In this document: positions 13,676-26,049 of the stretch, piece after piece | Layout: each line of letters opens with the position of its first letter | Position numbering within the stretch: position 1 is the stretch's first letter | From: Octopus sinensis | Taxonomy: Eukaryota | Direction: 5' to 3' | Assembly: GCF_006345805.1 (NCBI RefSeq) | Contig: NC_042997.1 | Span: forward strand, 123,008,001-123,072,000 | Length of the DNA: 64,000 nt | Made by a program: the position numbers and the translations under genes | The notes under the pieces: generated by a model | Told to the model about the DNA's origin: nothing | Databases searched by the model: none | What the model saw: only the letters and a program-made list of their open reading frames with translations

Positions 13676-14860
13676 TATATATATACGTCACTGATCGAAG
13701 TAAATATTTTTAAAAACTTTCAAAGACTTGCATCTAATGTAAAACGCAATATTTTTTAATAACCAATGGATATAAGGGAGGCAATCAATTTCTCAAAGTT
13801 ACTTTGCAAAAAGTTACCTGCCATCTCCACGTAACCTATGGATGACTGCTTTATGCCCCCAAGGGAGCCTATTACTCATTGTGTTAAAGCTTTGAAGGGG
13901 CTAAAATCATCCCTGGAACATAATTAATGTATGTTCCCAATCTGGAAGAAGTCAGTTAAAAACTAGGACCCTTATAATCCTTTACACACACGCACAGCGG
14001 GATTGATATTATAGATTAGCAACACGTTATAATTAGTTGCAAGCCTCGTTGAGGTAAGTACATGTATGATTCTGATGTCCAACATATATTTCGCAAAATT
14101 ACAGTTTGTTATTATATTCTAATTTATATTCGAATTTCGTAGAATATGTATGTGTGGGTGTATATATATATATATCAATAAAGATATTATTATTAATAAA
14201 ATAATTATTGTTATAAGTTGCTAGGAAGCATAAAAACCAAAAAGGAAATTTATATATTTATAGACGTAATTATAATTAAATGTACCAGATAGTCCTATTA
14301 CCAGCGTTGCTAAAAATAAGAGTCGAAAAATAATGAATTTATAAACTTTATAAATGAGTCGTAACATGCTCAAATATAAATTCATAAATTTAAAAATTTA
14401 TCATTTTACCTTTTTAATTGTTCTGCTTGGTAGCCACTTATATTATTATTATTTGATTAATAATGATATCGTTATTTATGTATAATAATACATTACGATT
14501 GTTTGAATTTAGCGGTAGTAGTTTTATAATTTAACCAAGTATGATGAAGAGGGTAATAGTTTAACACCAGGCAGTGAGACCCACTGATGAGGATTAATAG
14601 TATTATCTCAGAGTTGAAAATCACGTGTTATCGGCATATCTGCAAATATTTAAATATTATTTCTTAAATAACGTCGCAATGGTAGTATGGCTACTTACTC
14701 GCTTCTCAAGTTCGTCAGCTTGTTGAATTTTCAGAGATAATTTAGATTTTTATTTCTAGCAAATCTGGTACTATATTGTACTCTCTGTATTATAACTATA
14801 ATTATATAGATACATATATACATACATATATAAATACATATATAAATACATATATAATAC

Positions 14861-14945
<85 letters not shown>

Positions 14946-15252
14946 GTTGGCATGTATATGCATAATTTCATGCATTGATGCACCACAATATTATGAATAT
15001 CATCCTATACATAAACGATAATCGCAGGATAATGTCGAAACTATTGTCGTATGGAATAAAGACTCATACGAAATCCATCTTCTAATTCATTTATCAATTA
15101 TTATCTCAACTGACACTGTGGAATTTGTGAAGTGGATCCAACGGAAATATACTCAACCTGCATATGACACCACGTAGACCAAAACCGTGTCTGTGCTTTA
15201 CTCAACACATTTCCACACTGTTTGACAAATACCCATTTTTCCAAAAGATTGC

Positions 15253-15298
<46 letters not shown>

Positions 15299-15530
15299 GA
15301 GAGAGAGGGAGAGAGAAATAGTAAACGAGAGGGACGTAGAGAGAGAATGTCACTTACATATATACATATATACTCATACATAAAGCCATACAGCACATAC
15401 ACGCGCAGACATACTTTCAATTCCATCTAAATAGATTTTGTATTGATCAAAATCTTGGTCTCCCTTCTCCATAAACATCCTCCGCACCCCATATCTCTTC
15501 TGTCCCTCTTCTCTTTCTCCCTCTCCCTCC

Positions 15531-15585
<55 letters not shown>

Positions 15586-15891
15586 CACTCCCATTCACTG
15601 TCACTTTCTTTCAAGAAACACTGCATACGTATGCACGTCTACTAAAAATTAATGTGGAGAAGTATGTGTGTGAATATTATTTCTTAAATTTGTCTTAGTT
15701 TAAATATTTCCTAAGAGAAAAATTACCTATTGATTTTTCGCAATATAATAATTAGTGCGTATAAATATATTTAACTTTCGGTTAGTTTGTTCCTTGTAGC
15801 CTCTTTATAGCTCCAAGTCCTAATTTCGGCATGCATCTTCAAACGCCGTTTTCATCTAATTTTTTCATATATATACAAGCATATACATACA

Positions 15892-15953
<62 letters not shown>

Positions 15954-16058
15954 CATACATATACATATATATAGAGAGATAGGAAGATAGATATAGAGAG
16001 ATAGATAGATAGATATATAGATAGATAGATAGATAGATAGATATACAGATAGATAGGT

Positions 16059-16128
<70 letters not shown>

Positions 16129-17725
16129 GTTTACTCTCCCCCTTAGCTATGTGAAATAACATTACATTTGAAGCTGGATATGGTAATTTTTTTACAATCT
16201 CAGAACGTATAACATTTTTTTCCTACGTTTTATACAAATTAAAATATTTTTGGCTCAAAGGCCCTGACGATGTAGAAATTAAGTTACTGTGCTTAAATAT
16301 ATTTTTCTCCTTGACTTTGGCAATTCTTCTGAGATTACAAAAATGTAATACGCTTTTAAATTTACATACACGCTCATATATCTATGTGTGCCTCTGTCTT
16401 TGTCAATGCATATACATATGTAAGTATATATGTATAAGTATACATGTACATATTTATTTATATGTGTGTATATATGTATACGTGTATGTATATATATATA
16501 CAAATTGAAATTTATATACGTTTGTATGTATGTATTATGTATGTATACATGTATATATGTATGTATGTATGCATACATATATACATTTTTGGTTACCGAA
16601 AATAAACTATAAAATTTCTGAATGTTTTATTTTTCTAGGTTACTTCCTGAACAACGTCAAACATATTGCAGTTTACATTTATGTGACTTGTTCTGACTTA
16701 CCGATGTAGGCTCCGCATTTTAACCATTATTGATATACCAATCGCTCTTCAATTTTATTCGAATTTGTCAGCACACCACGTGTTTTAGACATGTGTTCAT
16801 TTTGAGTGTCAATACATATCTTAGGTGCATATACCCTCACATAATTTCGGGCCGTAGAAATCTTCTGAATCTTCTGCCAGTCGGAAACCGAACGTAAGGC
16901 GACACAAATACTATGCACGCACACATATATACAACTCACGTGCACATAAACACACGTACATACACCCACATATTTCTGTTCATTGATTCAGTCATTGCAT
17001 TGTGGCTTGGCAGAGCTTTGAACAACGGCTTTAATAGAATTACCCATAACACTTTATTTTCTAAAGCCTATTGCTTCTCATCTGTGGTTGTTTGCCGACC
17101 TTCTAAGTTACTTTAGGTTATACGTTCGTATGACCATAATTCATGGCCTAATGTTTTTCTAATAATTAATGCTGGATGAAATTTTCAAATTTTAGAAATA
17201 GAATTTCTATAGTACCTGTTTTTTCATCGAAGACTATTCTTTGTTAGGTGATCAGCAAGCAAAACGAGTGATGTTTGTTTCTATTCCCAAAATTATACTC
17301 ATCATTTCAGTATGAGAATAGTTCCTGGAGCATGAGACAACAGAAATTATGACAAATTTTATTCATATGTCTCGGTGTTCATGTAAAGAATTTTAGTGTA
17401 GCATGTGCTGTAAAGCGAATTTAACATTCTGTATTGCATATGACCAGGTATATACTAAAACACTTGTACCAAGCGCGGTTATAATTATGGAGCATTGGAA
17501 TTCCGAATTATACGCCCGAATGATCATTGTGAGAAATGTTATAATGAAATGCACAAATATAATATACACCAAATAACCACTTATTTTTCTCGGATATATT
17601 TAAGCGGGAGTGTAAACAGAGCCTGGAAGATTGCTTTAAGATACAGGGCATATTTTATAAATATACCTGCTCCTATATCATAATAGCATGAAACAATTAG
17701 CAGCTCTTTTCTTTTGTGGATTTAA

Positions 17726-17772
<47 letters not shown>

Positions 17773-17802
17773 ATATATATATTTGTATGTAGGTACGTAT
17801 AA

Positions 17803-17861
<59 letters not shown>

Positions 17862-18755
17862 ATAAGTGTGCGTGTGTGGATAGTATCAATATTTATATTG
17901 TGGCAAGGGTTTAACTAATTTTAAAATTGTATATCAACCAATATTTTAGAAGAAGTAATTTTCGACATAAAAATTATTTCTTTATTATAATTTTCCTTTT
18001 TACTCTCGTGTTTTATTTAAAAGAATGTAATTTAAATAAAAAAAAAAAAACAACTACGTCATATGGCATACATAGATATTCTAATAATTTAATGTTTTTT
18101 CAATGATGCTCTCATAGATATATTTGAATGATTGTACCCGTTGGTACATCACTTTCGTATTTGTGTTTTTGTTGAGAAATGCACATTTCTTGTTTTAAAT
18201 TTTCAGCAATAATTATCTGAAATATCATTTTTTAATAACTTCAGAATATCCAATTATTTCATTTGACAAGTATTGTACTATCGATTTTATTGAAATTCTA
18301 GTTGAGTACAAAGATACACATACAGAGAAATATTCAATGTTTCACACGACGAACGGACATCTAATGTATAAGCGTGGATAAATACAAATCTGCCATGCCA
18401 AAGGGCATAAAAATGACTGCATTTTAAAGAAATTTGAAACGTAAATTGTAGGGTTTCTCTTCCCTTCACACTCTTACTAATAACTTTTTTCTTTAACAAC
18501 CATGAGTAGGTCAGGCTGTTGTGGATGAAGTTCTGGAAGGAAATCTGTCGTTGAAGTCTACATAACCCTTGCGATTTGATGGTTTGTCTGGAGCCCAATC
18601 TGTTATAAGTACTTGCGTAAGTCTCCGATATGATTATTCGTCCTTCTCTTCGTTCTGCTTTACCACAATCCACTAATTATCACGCAGTTATTGATATTCC
18701 ATTTCTAGCAATATTTAGGAAGATAATTTATAAAAGGTAAGTAAATATTCTTAAC

Positions 18756-19022
18756 AGTGGAGGCGCGTGGCTTAGTGGTTAGGGTGTCAGCATCATGATC
18801 GTAATATTGTGGGTTCGATTCCTGGGCCGGGTGACGCGTTGTGTTCTTGAGCAAAACACTTCATTTCATGTTGCCCCAGTCCGCTCAGCTGCCAAAAATG
18901 AGTAACACCGCGATGGACTGGCGTCCTGTCCAGCTGCGGAACACATATGCCACTGAAACCGGAAAACCGGGCCCATGAGCCTGGCTAGGCTTTAAAAAAG
19001 GCGCATTTATTTATTTATTTGT
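18756..19022 (+). mobile_element. Full-length tRNA-derived SINE with 14-bp target-site duplication
   Basis: A box TGGCTTAGTGG, B box GGTTCGATTCC, (ATTT)n tail; TSD TAAATATTCTTAAC at 18742-18755 and 19023-19036. Confidence 0.92.
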
Positions 19023-20123
19023 TAAATATTCTTAACGGAAGGCAAACACGTAGGTATAATATATGATTTTTAATGATTAATTCGTAAAGCTGTTCCGTTG
19101 ATTCATTGAATAAAAATCACTACCATCTGATTCGCAGTAGCTTTGGATGTTCAGTATTCGAAAGAAACATGTTCAATGCTACAAATCTCTCAAAAAACTG
19201 TTCTGGTTACTCATTGTTGCAAACTTTATTTCTCGCATGATATAATGTTATGTAAAATATAGCATGTATTGTATTTAGGTATTAGAATGTCGAAAGATAT
19301 TCCGTACAATGTTTAACTTTTAATGATTTCAAAACCCGTTGAGGCCGGCACATCGGTATCGATACATAGTAATCGATACTTAGTATTCTGGCAGTGTTTC
19401 ATAACAGATTGAGGTATCAGTCAGTGCAAAGTTTCTCTGTATTTTAAATCACGTACCCCGTTACTTGGGGAGTTGGCCCTTGGGAAGGTGCAAATTGGCA
19501 GCAGGCTCACAAAATAATTAAATTGGTACCCGAAATGATTTCGATCAATATTACCACTAACAGTCCGCAACCTAGTAGGAACTGAAACATCTATTTCAAT
19601 TCCTATACGAATTCTCTCAATGATCTCTCTCACTCTTACTCATTCTTTTCTGTTTACTTCCTCTCTCACACTCTTCGCCTCACTTTCTCTCTCATGCACA
19701 CATTCTTCTCTCTCCTCATAGCATACTTTACTTCTCATATTATAATTCAGATACACATCACCTACTCATTCACTCCAGAATGCATAACTCTTTTCTTTCT
19801 GCGTCTATACCAGTTGAATTTCTAAATCAAAGAAGGAACACTCGACAAGGAATGACGGACGAGGCAATGTTACTCAAATAGTTCGTGAAATGTTCTCTCC
19901 ATAGGGAAAACAAAACACAGTACACTGAGGTTACATATTTGTATATTCAGCAGATGATCGGACATCAGGGGAAATCTAAGACACAAGAATAAACTCTCTT
20001 TTAACAGCTAGTTTGCATTTGCATAATTATTGCAGACACTACCGTTCGCCGGGCAGTTGAGAATAAAGGAGACTATTCTACCTGTGGCACTCAAGTACAC
20101 ACATTATACATACATATATACAT

Positions 20124-20174
<51 letters not shown>

Positions 20175-22001
20175 CATGCATGTGTGCATGACAGGCCATA
20201 GATATGACCTCCCGTGATATTGACTTCACTTTTGTTGCGTCGGTGTACTGATTTTTCTTCTCCAAAATCGGTTACATTTATGATACAAATTCGTTCTATT
20301 TTTCGCTTTAAGTCGTGAAATGAAATCCCGTTGTAATATATAACATTTTATTAATAATCCACTTTTGTTACTATAACCATTGTTTGAAATGCATTTCGGA
20401 TGCCATGATTGTAAAGTTGAATATGTAACGGAATCAATTTAATCGTTTTTTAAAAAAAATATGTGTGATTGAAACTTGTTTGCGTAAATTGATATCATAT
20501 TATTTCTTAACGTCAATCTGGATTGGTATCCAGAGTTGAATCTCTCAGAAAATCAATACGTATTGTTTACACTGCATCAATAAAAAAAATTATTCATATC
20601 TCCAGGCACGATGACATTTCGGAAGTGGTTATTGCTTTACTCTCCTGCCATCAAATCAGTTCAGCGCAGTTATCTTCTCGCAAATAATATTTCTAAATAA
20701 AATAATGTTTTTCGAGTCAATTGGGGTTTGCACTCTTGCAAAAGCTCTTATTGGATAATAACTTCTTTGTGGTTCCATATAACATAGTTCCCTTCGGTTT
20801 TGTCATATTTTCAACAAAAAAAAAAAATATATGTGAAATACATTTCCAGAGTAAATGTATTTTTCATGGAACCATTATCAATTATTGAACACAAATTCTA
20901 TGTCTACACTTCTGTTTATATGTGTTTCTGTGCATAAATATATTTGTATCTCTTGATGTTTTGTTTTGATTATTGTGTGGAATTATTTATCACATATTTC
21001 TCGTAGCAATTCCAGCTGTATATTCCATATTCAGCATTATTTATGAGCTCATGAATATATCTAAGCAGATACATACGGGTGTATCTAGGATAGATTTAGT
21101 GTTAATCTATTGAGTGTTAATTAATCAAAATATATTATCCTTATTAACAGGTATTTGCTTTCAACAGTAACGTGCAAATTTTGCGTTGAATACGAACCCT
21201 TCTAAATGCAATACTATTGATTTAATGGTTGTTTTTGTTAAATATTTCTTTGTATATCATATGTCGAAATAACACCTTATTATAAAGTTCAACGTTTTTC
21301 GAATCAATATAATCACGGATATGAGCATTGCTCTGGATTATGAACTAAACCACAGATATCATTCTGGTGTATACACATTATACTGAAAACGTAAGATTCT
21401 CTCGAATTTCTCTATTTACTAATGAAAGTATATAGAAGATTAATTTTAGGAAAATATATAAAGAGAGATATGTACAGTATTACTTAATTTTATATTTGTG
21501 GAATGCGTGCAATTACATTCTTACTTAGCTGCAAAATTAATCTAATATACACATTGCTTATAAATGTTTGGATTTCCCAAATGTATAATAATTTTTTTAT
21601 TGTGTATTTTGCTATTATCTGGTGACATTTTTTTGGTGGGGGCGCTGGTATGTCCGTTAAATTCTATGAAAGCAAAACTGTGCTGTATAAATCAGACTAT
21701 GATAAATCATTTAAAAAGTTTGAATAATTTCATCAGATTACCATAAGACGAAATCCAATTTCTAAATACCAAGTTTTACAATAATCTTTTGCAGCTCAGA
21801 TTACGTAATAAAGCAACTCCGTCGCATTCTTTATTCTGAATGGATATTCCAACTTAAGCATTTTTTCGGGTCATAGTAAGGTTTCTTTTTCTCTTCGTGT
21901 GAGACTATATAATGCATTAAAACATACAATCCGCACATGAATCCGTTTATCTCTTCATCTCTCTCTCACTTTCCGCTCTCTCTCTCACACACACACACAC
22001 A

Positions 22002-22067
<66 letters not shown>

Positions 22068-22281
22068 TATATGTATATATATATGTGTGTATATATATAT
22101 ATACTAATATATGTTGCTGTATTTTTACAAAAAAATTTCATCAAAAAAGTGTCAGCATATTAAAATACCATTAAAGGTTAAAATTATAAACAACGTATAA
22201 ACCAGGGCCATAGAAAATTAAAAGTCTGTTATCAACATATTGGCATAGAAATAATTTTCTTTTGCCCTTGTTTATAAGTTG

Positions 22282-22389
<108 letters not shown>

Positions 22390-22557
22390 ATATGAAATGG
22401 CAAAAATACGTCACGTTGTGTTACCGCTACTGTATATAACTCACATTGATATTTATCATTGTTTGATTTCACTTTTTCAATATCAACGACAGTGGACGCT
22501 GGAAAAAGTATAAGTATTTGTGAAGGAAATCTAATTCTCGGCGACAACTATGATTGT

Positions 22558-22602
22558 CACACGCTGACGAGAGGTCCATACCTCGAAACTCGAGTCCGTG
22601 TG
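22558..22602 (+). ncRNA. Minimal type I hammerhead ribozyme, intact core, predicted GUC cleavage after 22596
   Basis: CACACG-CTGACGA-GAGGT(CCAT)ACCTC-GAAA-CTCGAG-TC-CGTGTG: 6-bp helix I, CUGANGA core, 5-bp helix II closed by G10.1-C11.1, GAAA, palindromic helix III (ACTCGAGT), GUC triplet. Confidence 0.93.
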
Positions 22603-22910
22603 TATCATAAGTTGAAGACGGGAAGGATGACTTCCCTTTGCAAATACTGACAGGACACAGAAAGTGTGTATATGGCCAGCTGGAGGAGTGTGTCCTCCTG
22701 GGGCTAAAAACTACAGTAGCATCCACCCTTAGGGGTTAGCCATATTGAAATGCCAAAAATACGTCACGTTGTGTTACCGCTACTGTATATAACTCACATT
22801 GATATTTATCATTGTTTGATTTCACTTTTTCAATATCAGCGACAGTGGACGCTGGAAAAAGTATAAGTATTTGTGAAGGAAATCTAATTCTCGGCGACAA
22901 CTATGATTGT

Positions 22911-22955
22911 CACACGCTGACGAGAGGTCAATACCTCGAAACTCGAGTCCGTGTG
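22911..22955 (+). ncRNA. Minimal type I hammerhead ribozyme, second copy, predicted GUC cleavage after 22949
   Basis: Identical to the first copy except for one change in loop II (CAAT vs CCAT). Confidence 0.93.
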
Positions 22956-23130
22956 TATCATAAGTTGAAGACGGGAAGGATGACTTCCCTTTGCAAATAC
23001 TGACAGGACACAGAAAGTGTGTCTATGGCCAGCTGGAGGAGTGTGTCCTCCTGGGGCTAAAAACTACAGAAGCATCCACCCTTAGGGGTTAGCCATATTG
23101 AAATGGCAAAAATACGTCACGTTATATATA

Positions 23131-23177
<47 letters not shown>

Positions 23178-25000
23178 AGGGTGTATACGTATGTGTGTGT
23201 GGGGTGTATGAATATGAGTGTGTATTTACATGGCTGGAGAAGAGTACAGGATGTTCACAACATGAACGTCTTAATCAAGATTAACCATGTTATGATAAAC
23301 GAGTGCTGTAGAATATTTTATACACCCACACATTGTTACTCATGAATAAATTGTTTTATGTATTTTATGCGTATTACTCTTTCAGTTATTTCTCTACGAA
23401 CTATGATAGAGAGTTTTGTCATTCAAATAAAACATACGTAATGACACAAAAAGGAAACTGAATTTTGCAATTTCACATAGAAATATATTTTTGAAAAATA
23501 CACACTATAAATATCGTGATGGGTTAAATATAATTCTAATTAAAAAAGTAATTACATTAAAACACATCAGGTGAACATCACTAATGTCATTACACAATTA
23601 CATCACAAAAGTTTCATCGAAGATTAATACATGCATGTGTGTATCTAAAAATGAATTTGCTTGGGCGTGTGTTTATATGCGTATGAGTGTTTGCGAGAGA
23701 AAATGCTAAAGATGAACGGGAGAAAATAGATTAGTCTTTTAATGCGAGCAGAGAGCTATAATATATTTGATAGAAAGTACACAAATCTGTAAACCGAGAT
23801 TCTCGTGTAAGATATGTTCATGAAATAGAAGAATGGTGCATTAAACAGGTAATTGAATGACTTGCACTTTAGATATTCACTACAAGAAAATTTTAAGCTT
23901 GATTTTTTTCTCTTTCTCACGTGCACAGTGCATCACTTCAATGAAAAATAATTCTCCTGCAATTATGATCCGATATCGTTATAAACAATTCGTAATTAAA
24001 CGATATTTACATTTAGAAAGTATTGTTTTATCGTGGTATGCTTACAAAAAAAAACCAAACCGCTGCATTCGAATCTCACACTGAATTCACTGACAAGAGA
24101 AATGAATTATCTGAAATGTTTACGATATTAGATTAGAATTAAAATATTTCTTCGTTGATATCCCGTTCGGCAATTGTCTTTCTGGTTAAAAGTTGAAGTA
24201 ATGAAAATGAAATTAAACACTATTAATGGAGATAAAATTTACAACTAGTATCATGCAAATGGAGCTTTAAATAATGGAAGTATCGAGATAAAGAGAAGTA
24301 TTTTATGTGCAATACAATATTGCATATTTTCCAAAAAGATGCGTATGCACATACTCATTCCAGATAAGAACACTGACTGTTCATCAGATTGTAGAAATCT
24401 TCACACAAACAGTGTATCTCTGTAATAAACAGTAATTCCTATTATAAATGCATATATATATATATTGATTTGATAATTACGAATCGAATTAGACGTCTAT
24501 TAATAAGAATGTTTGTAATAGACAAATGACGTTTATTACGTCGAAATTTACACTTTTCTAATATATTTCTAGCACTACAAGAACGGGCATGCCGAACATA
24601 TATTGTCTTAGTACACAAAGAAAGCAGCGAGGTTGAAAAAAAAATGTTAATCATAAGAATATATGCGGAAATTGGCATCGTAAATAAATCGCATATATTA
24701 TAATTACAATCTACATAACACACAATAGAATAGAAATGCTTCTCATGAATTGCCTAGATATTTTCTTTAATGAAGATGGCAGAATATCATTTCAAAGCAA
24801 AAAGTGCCTTATTTCTCGGCGAGAAAAATATTGAAATGAAGAAAATTTTAGATATGAACATTAAGTATACACACACACACACACACACGCATGCACGCAC
24901 GCACGCACTAACGCACGCACGCACACACACACACAACACAAACAAACGCACGCAAACACACACACACACATGAAAACGAGTAACAAAATTGTGTACGTCA

Positions 25001-25044
25001 ATTGATTCCGACCGTTTCGAGCAAAACCATTCTCATAAGATTAC
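25001..25044 (-). ncRNA. Probable decayed (inactive) hammerhead ribozyme relic
   Basis: Minus strand GTAAT-CTTATGA-GAATGGTTTTGCTC-GAAA-CGGTCG-GA-ATCAAT: G5 and U16.1 are mutated and helices I and II are imperfect; helix III resembles GAAACGATCGTA of the 51 kb HHRs. Confidence 0.35.
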
Positions 25045-25318
25045 TGCATAGACCAATCATTAAGGACAAGTTATTAATATGGATATTGATGATATTCATA
25101 TCATCAATAGAGTGCAAATATTTACAATGCTTCCGCTGCTAAATTTTATGGCAGAATGAAAAAAGGACAGCCAGAAATTAGTATATAGCTAACAGATATA
25201 ACTAAATAATGGAAATTTCGCTGTAGCCATTATATATCTATATATTTACACTGTACTTTAACGGTATAAATGAAATTAGGTTAAAACATACTCTGTCTGC
25301 ATAAAACTGTCTGCAAGC

Positions 25319-25775
25319 AATAATAAATCTCTGAACGAGATGTAAACAGTAACTGCTCGACAACGTAAAGTATACTAGCCATCTCAATATGGCTAACCAC
25401 TAAGGGTGGGTGTTACTGTAGCTTCTAGCCCCAGAGTTTTTCGAAATCAGTGACGGAAGTTACTCGAAAACAATAGGTATCTGCAAACAGGTCTCCCTTT
25501 CATCGTAAACAGGTGACTGCCGTACGCCAAAGACAGGCAAATACCTAGAAACTGCAGTCCGTGCGTGTCACCTAGGTTTACGAGAGAGGGATGACCTCCC
25601 TTTGCAAATACCAGAAAGGCACAGAAAGTGTATCTAAAGCCACCTGAAGACGATGATCTTCTGGGGCTAGATGCTACAGTAACACCCACCCTTAGTGGTT
25701 AGCCATATTGAGATGGCTAGTATACTTTACGTTGTTGAGCAGTTACTGTTTACATCTCGTTCAGAGATTTATTAT

Positions 25776-25776
<1 letters not shown>
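25319..25776 (+). mobile_element. Diverged, circularly permuted monomer (25436-25776) of the 353-bp family with a 117-bp inverted terminal duplication
   Basis: Arms 25319-25435 and 25660-25776 are reverse complements with 2 mismatches. Internal sequence aligns with the 353-bp unit (CCCTTTGCAAATAC, CACAGAAAGTGT, CTGGGGCTA, TACAGTA, CCACCCTTAG, TTAGCCATATTGA.ATGGC). Confidence 0.8.
25522..25564 (+). ncRNA. Hammerhead ribozyme homolog with inactivated core
   Basis: GTACG-CCAAAGA-CAGG(CAAATA)CCTA-GAAA-CTGCAG-TC-CGTGC: same position as the HHR in the 353-bp unit, palindromic helix III retained, core changed from CTGANGA to CCAAAGA. Confidence 0.7.
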
Positions 25777-25861
<85 letters not shown>

Positions 25862-26007
25862 TATACATATATATATATACATATTGTGACACAGCTATTA
25901 AGGAGAAAAGACGGCACGCGGTGTAATACGATGGAAAGTAAATAAATAGAAACAAAGAAAATATAGGCTAAGTAGGGAGATAATGACTTTGTCTTAAAAC
26001 TAATATA

Positions 26008-26049
<42 letters not shown>

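Larger units (their letters stand above)
22394..23123 (+). mobile_element. 353-bp tandem repeat (2 full units + 24 bp) carrying hammerhead ribozymes; candidate non-LTR retrozyme or Penelope-related element
   Basis: Units start at 22394, 22747 and 23100 (period 353), about 5 substitutions between units, flanked on both sides by (TA)n. Each full unit contains a complete HHR. Confidence 0.85.

Noticed and set aside
14584-14630. CTGATGAG followed by a weak stem
   Set aside because: No GAAA at the helix II base and no helix I or III; not a hammerhead.
15006-15053. TATAC..GAAACTATTGTC-GTATG, hammerhead-like 3' half
   Set aside because: The core region reads ATAAACGA and helix II does not pair; too degenerate to call.
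16702-16880. Minus-strand segment with a good donor (CATCG|GTAAGT) and a possible acceptor
   Set aside because: All three frames contain stops between the candidate splice sites.
22394-23123. CRISPR array, Helitron/Helentron, or duplicated 63-aa gene (ORFs 22459 and 22812)
   Set aside because: There are no short repeats with unique spacers, and the context is eukaryotic. No Helitron 5'-TC/3'-CTRR ends were found. The ORFs start at TTG and lack homology, and the hammerhead explains the conservation better.
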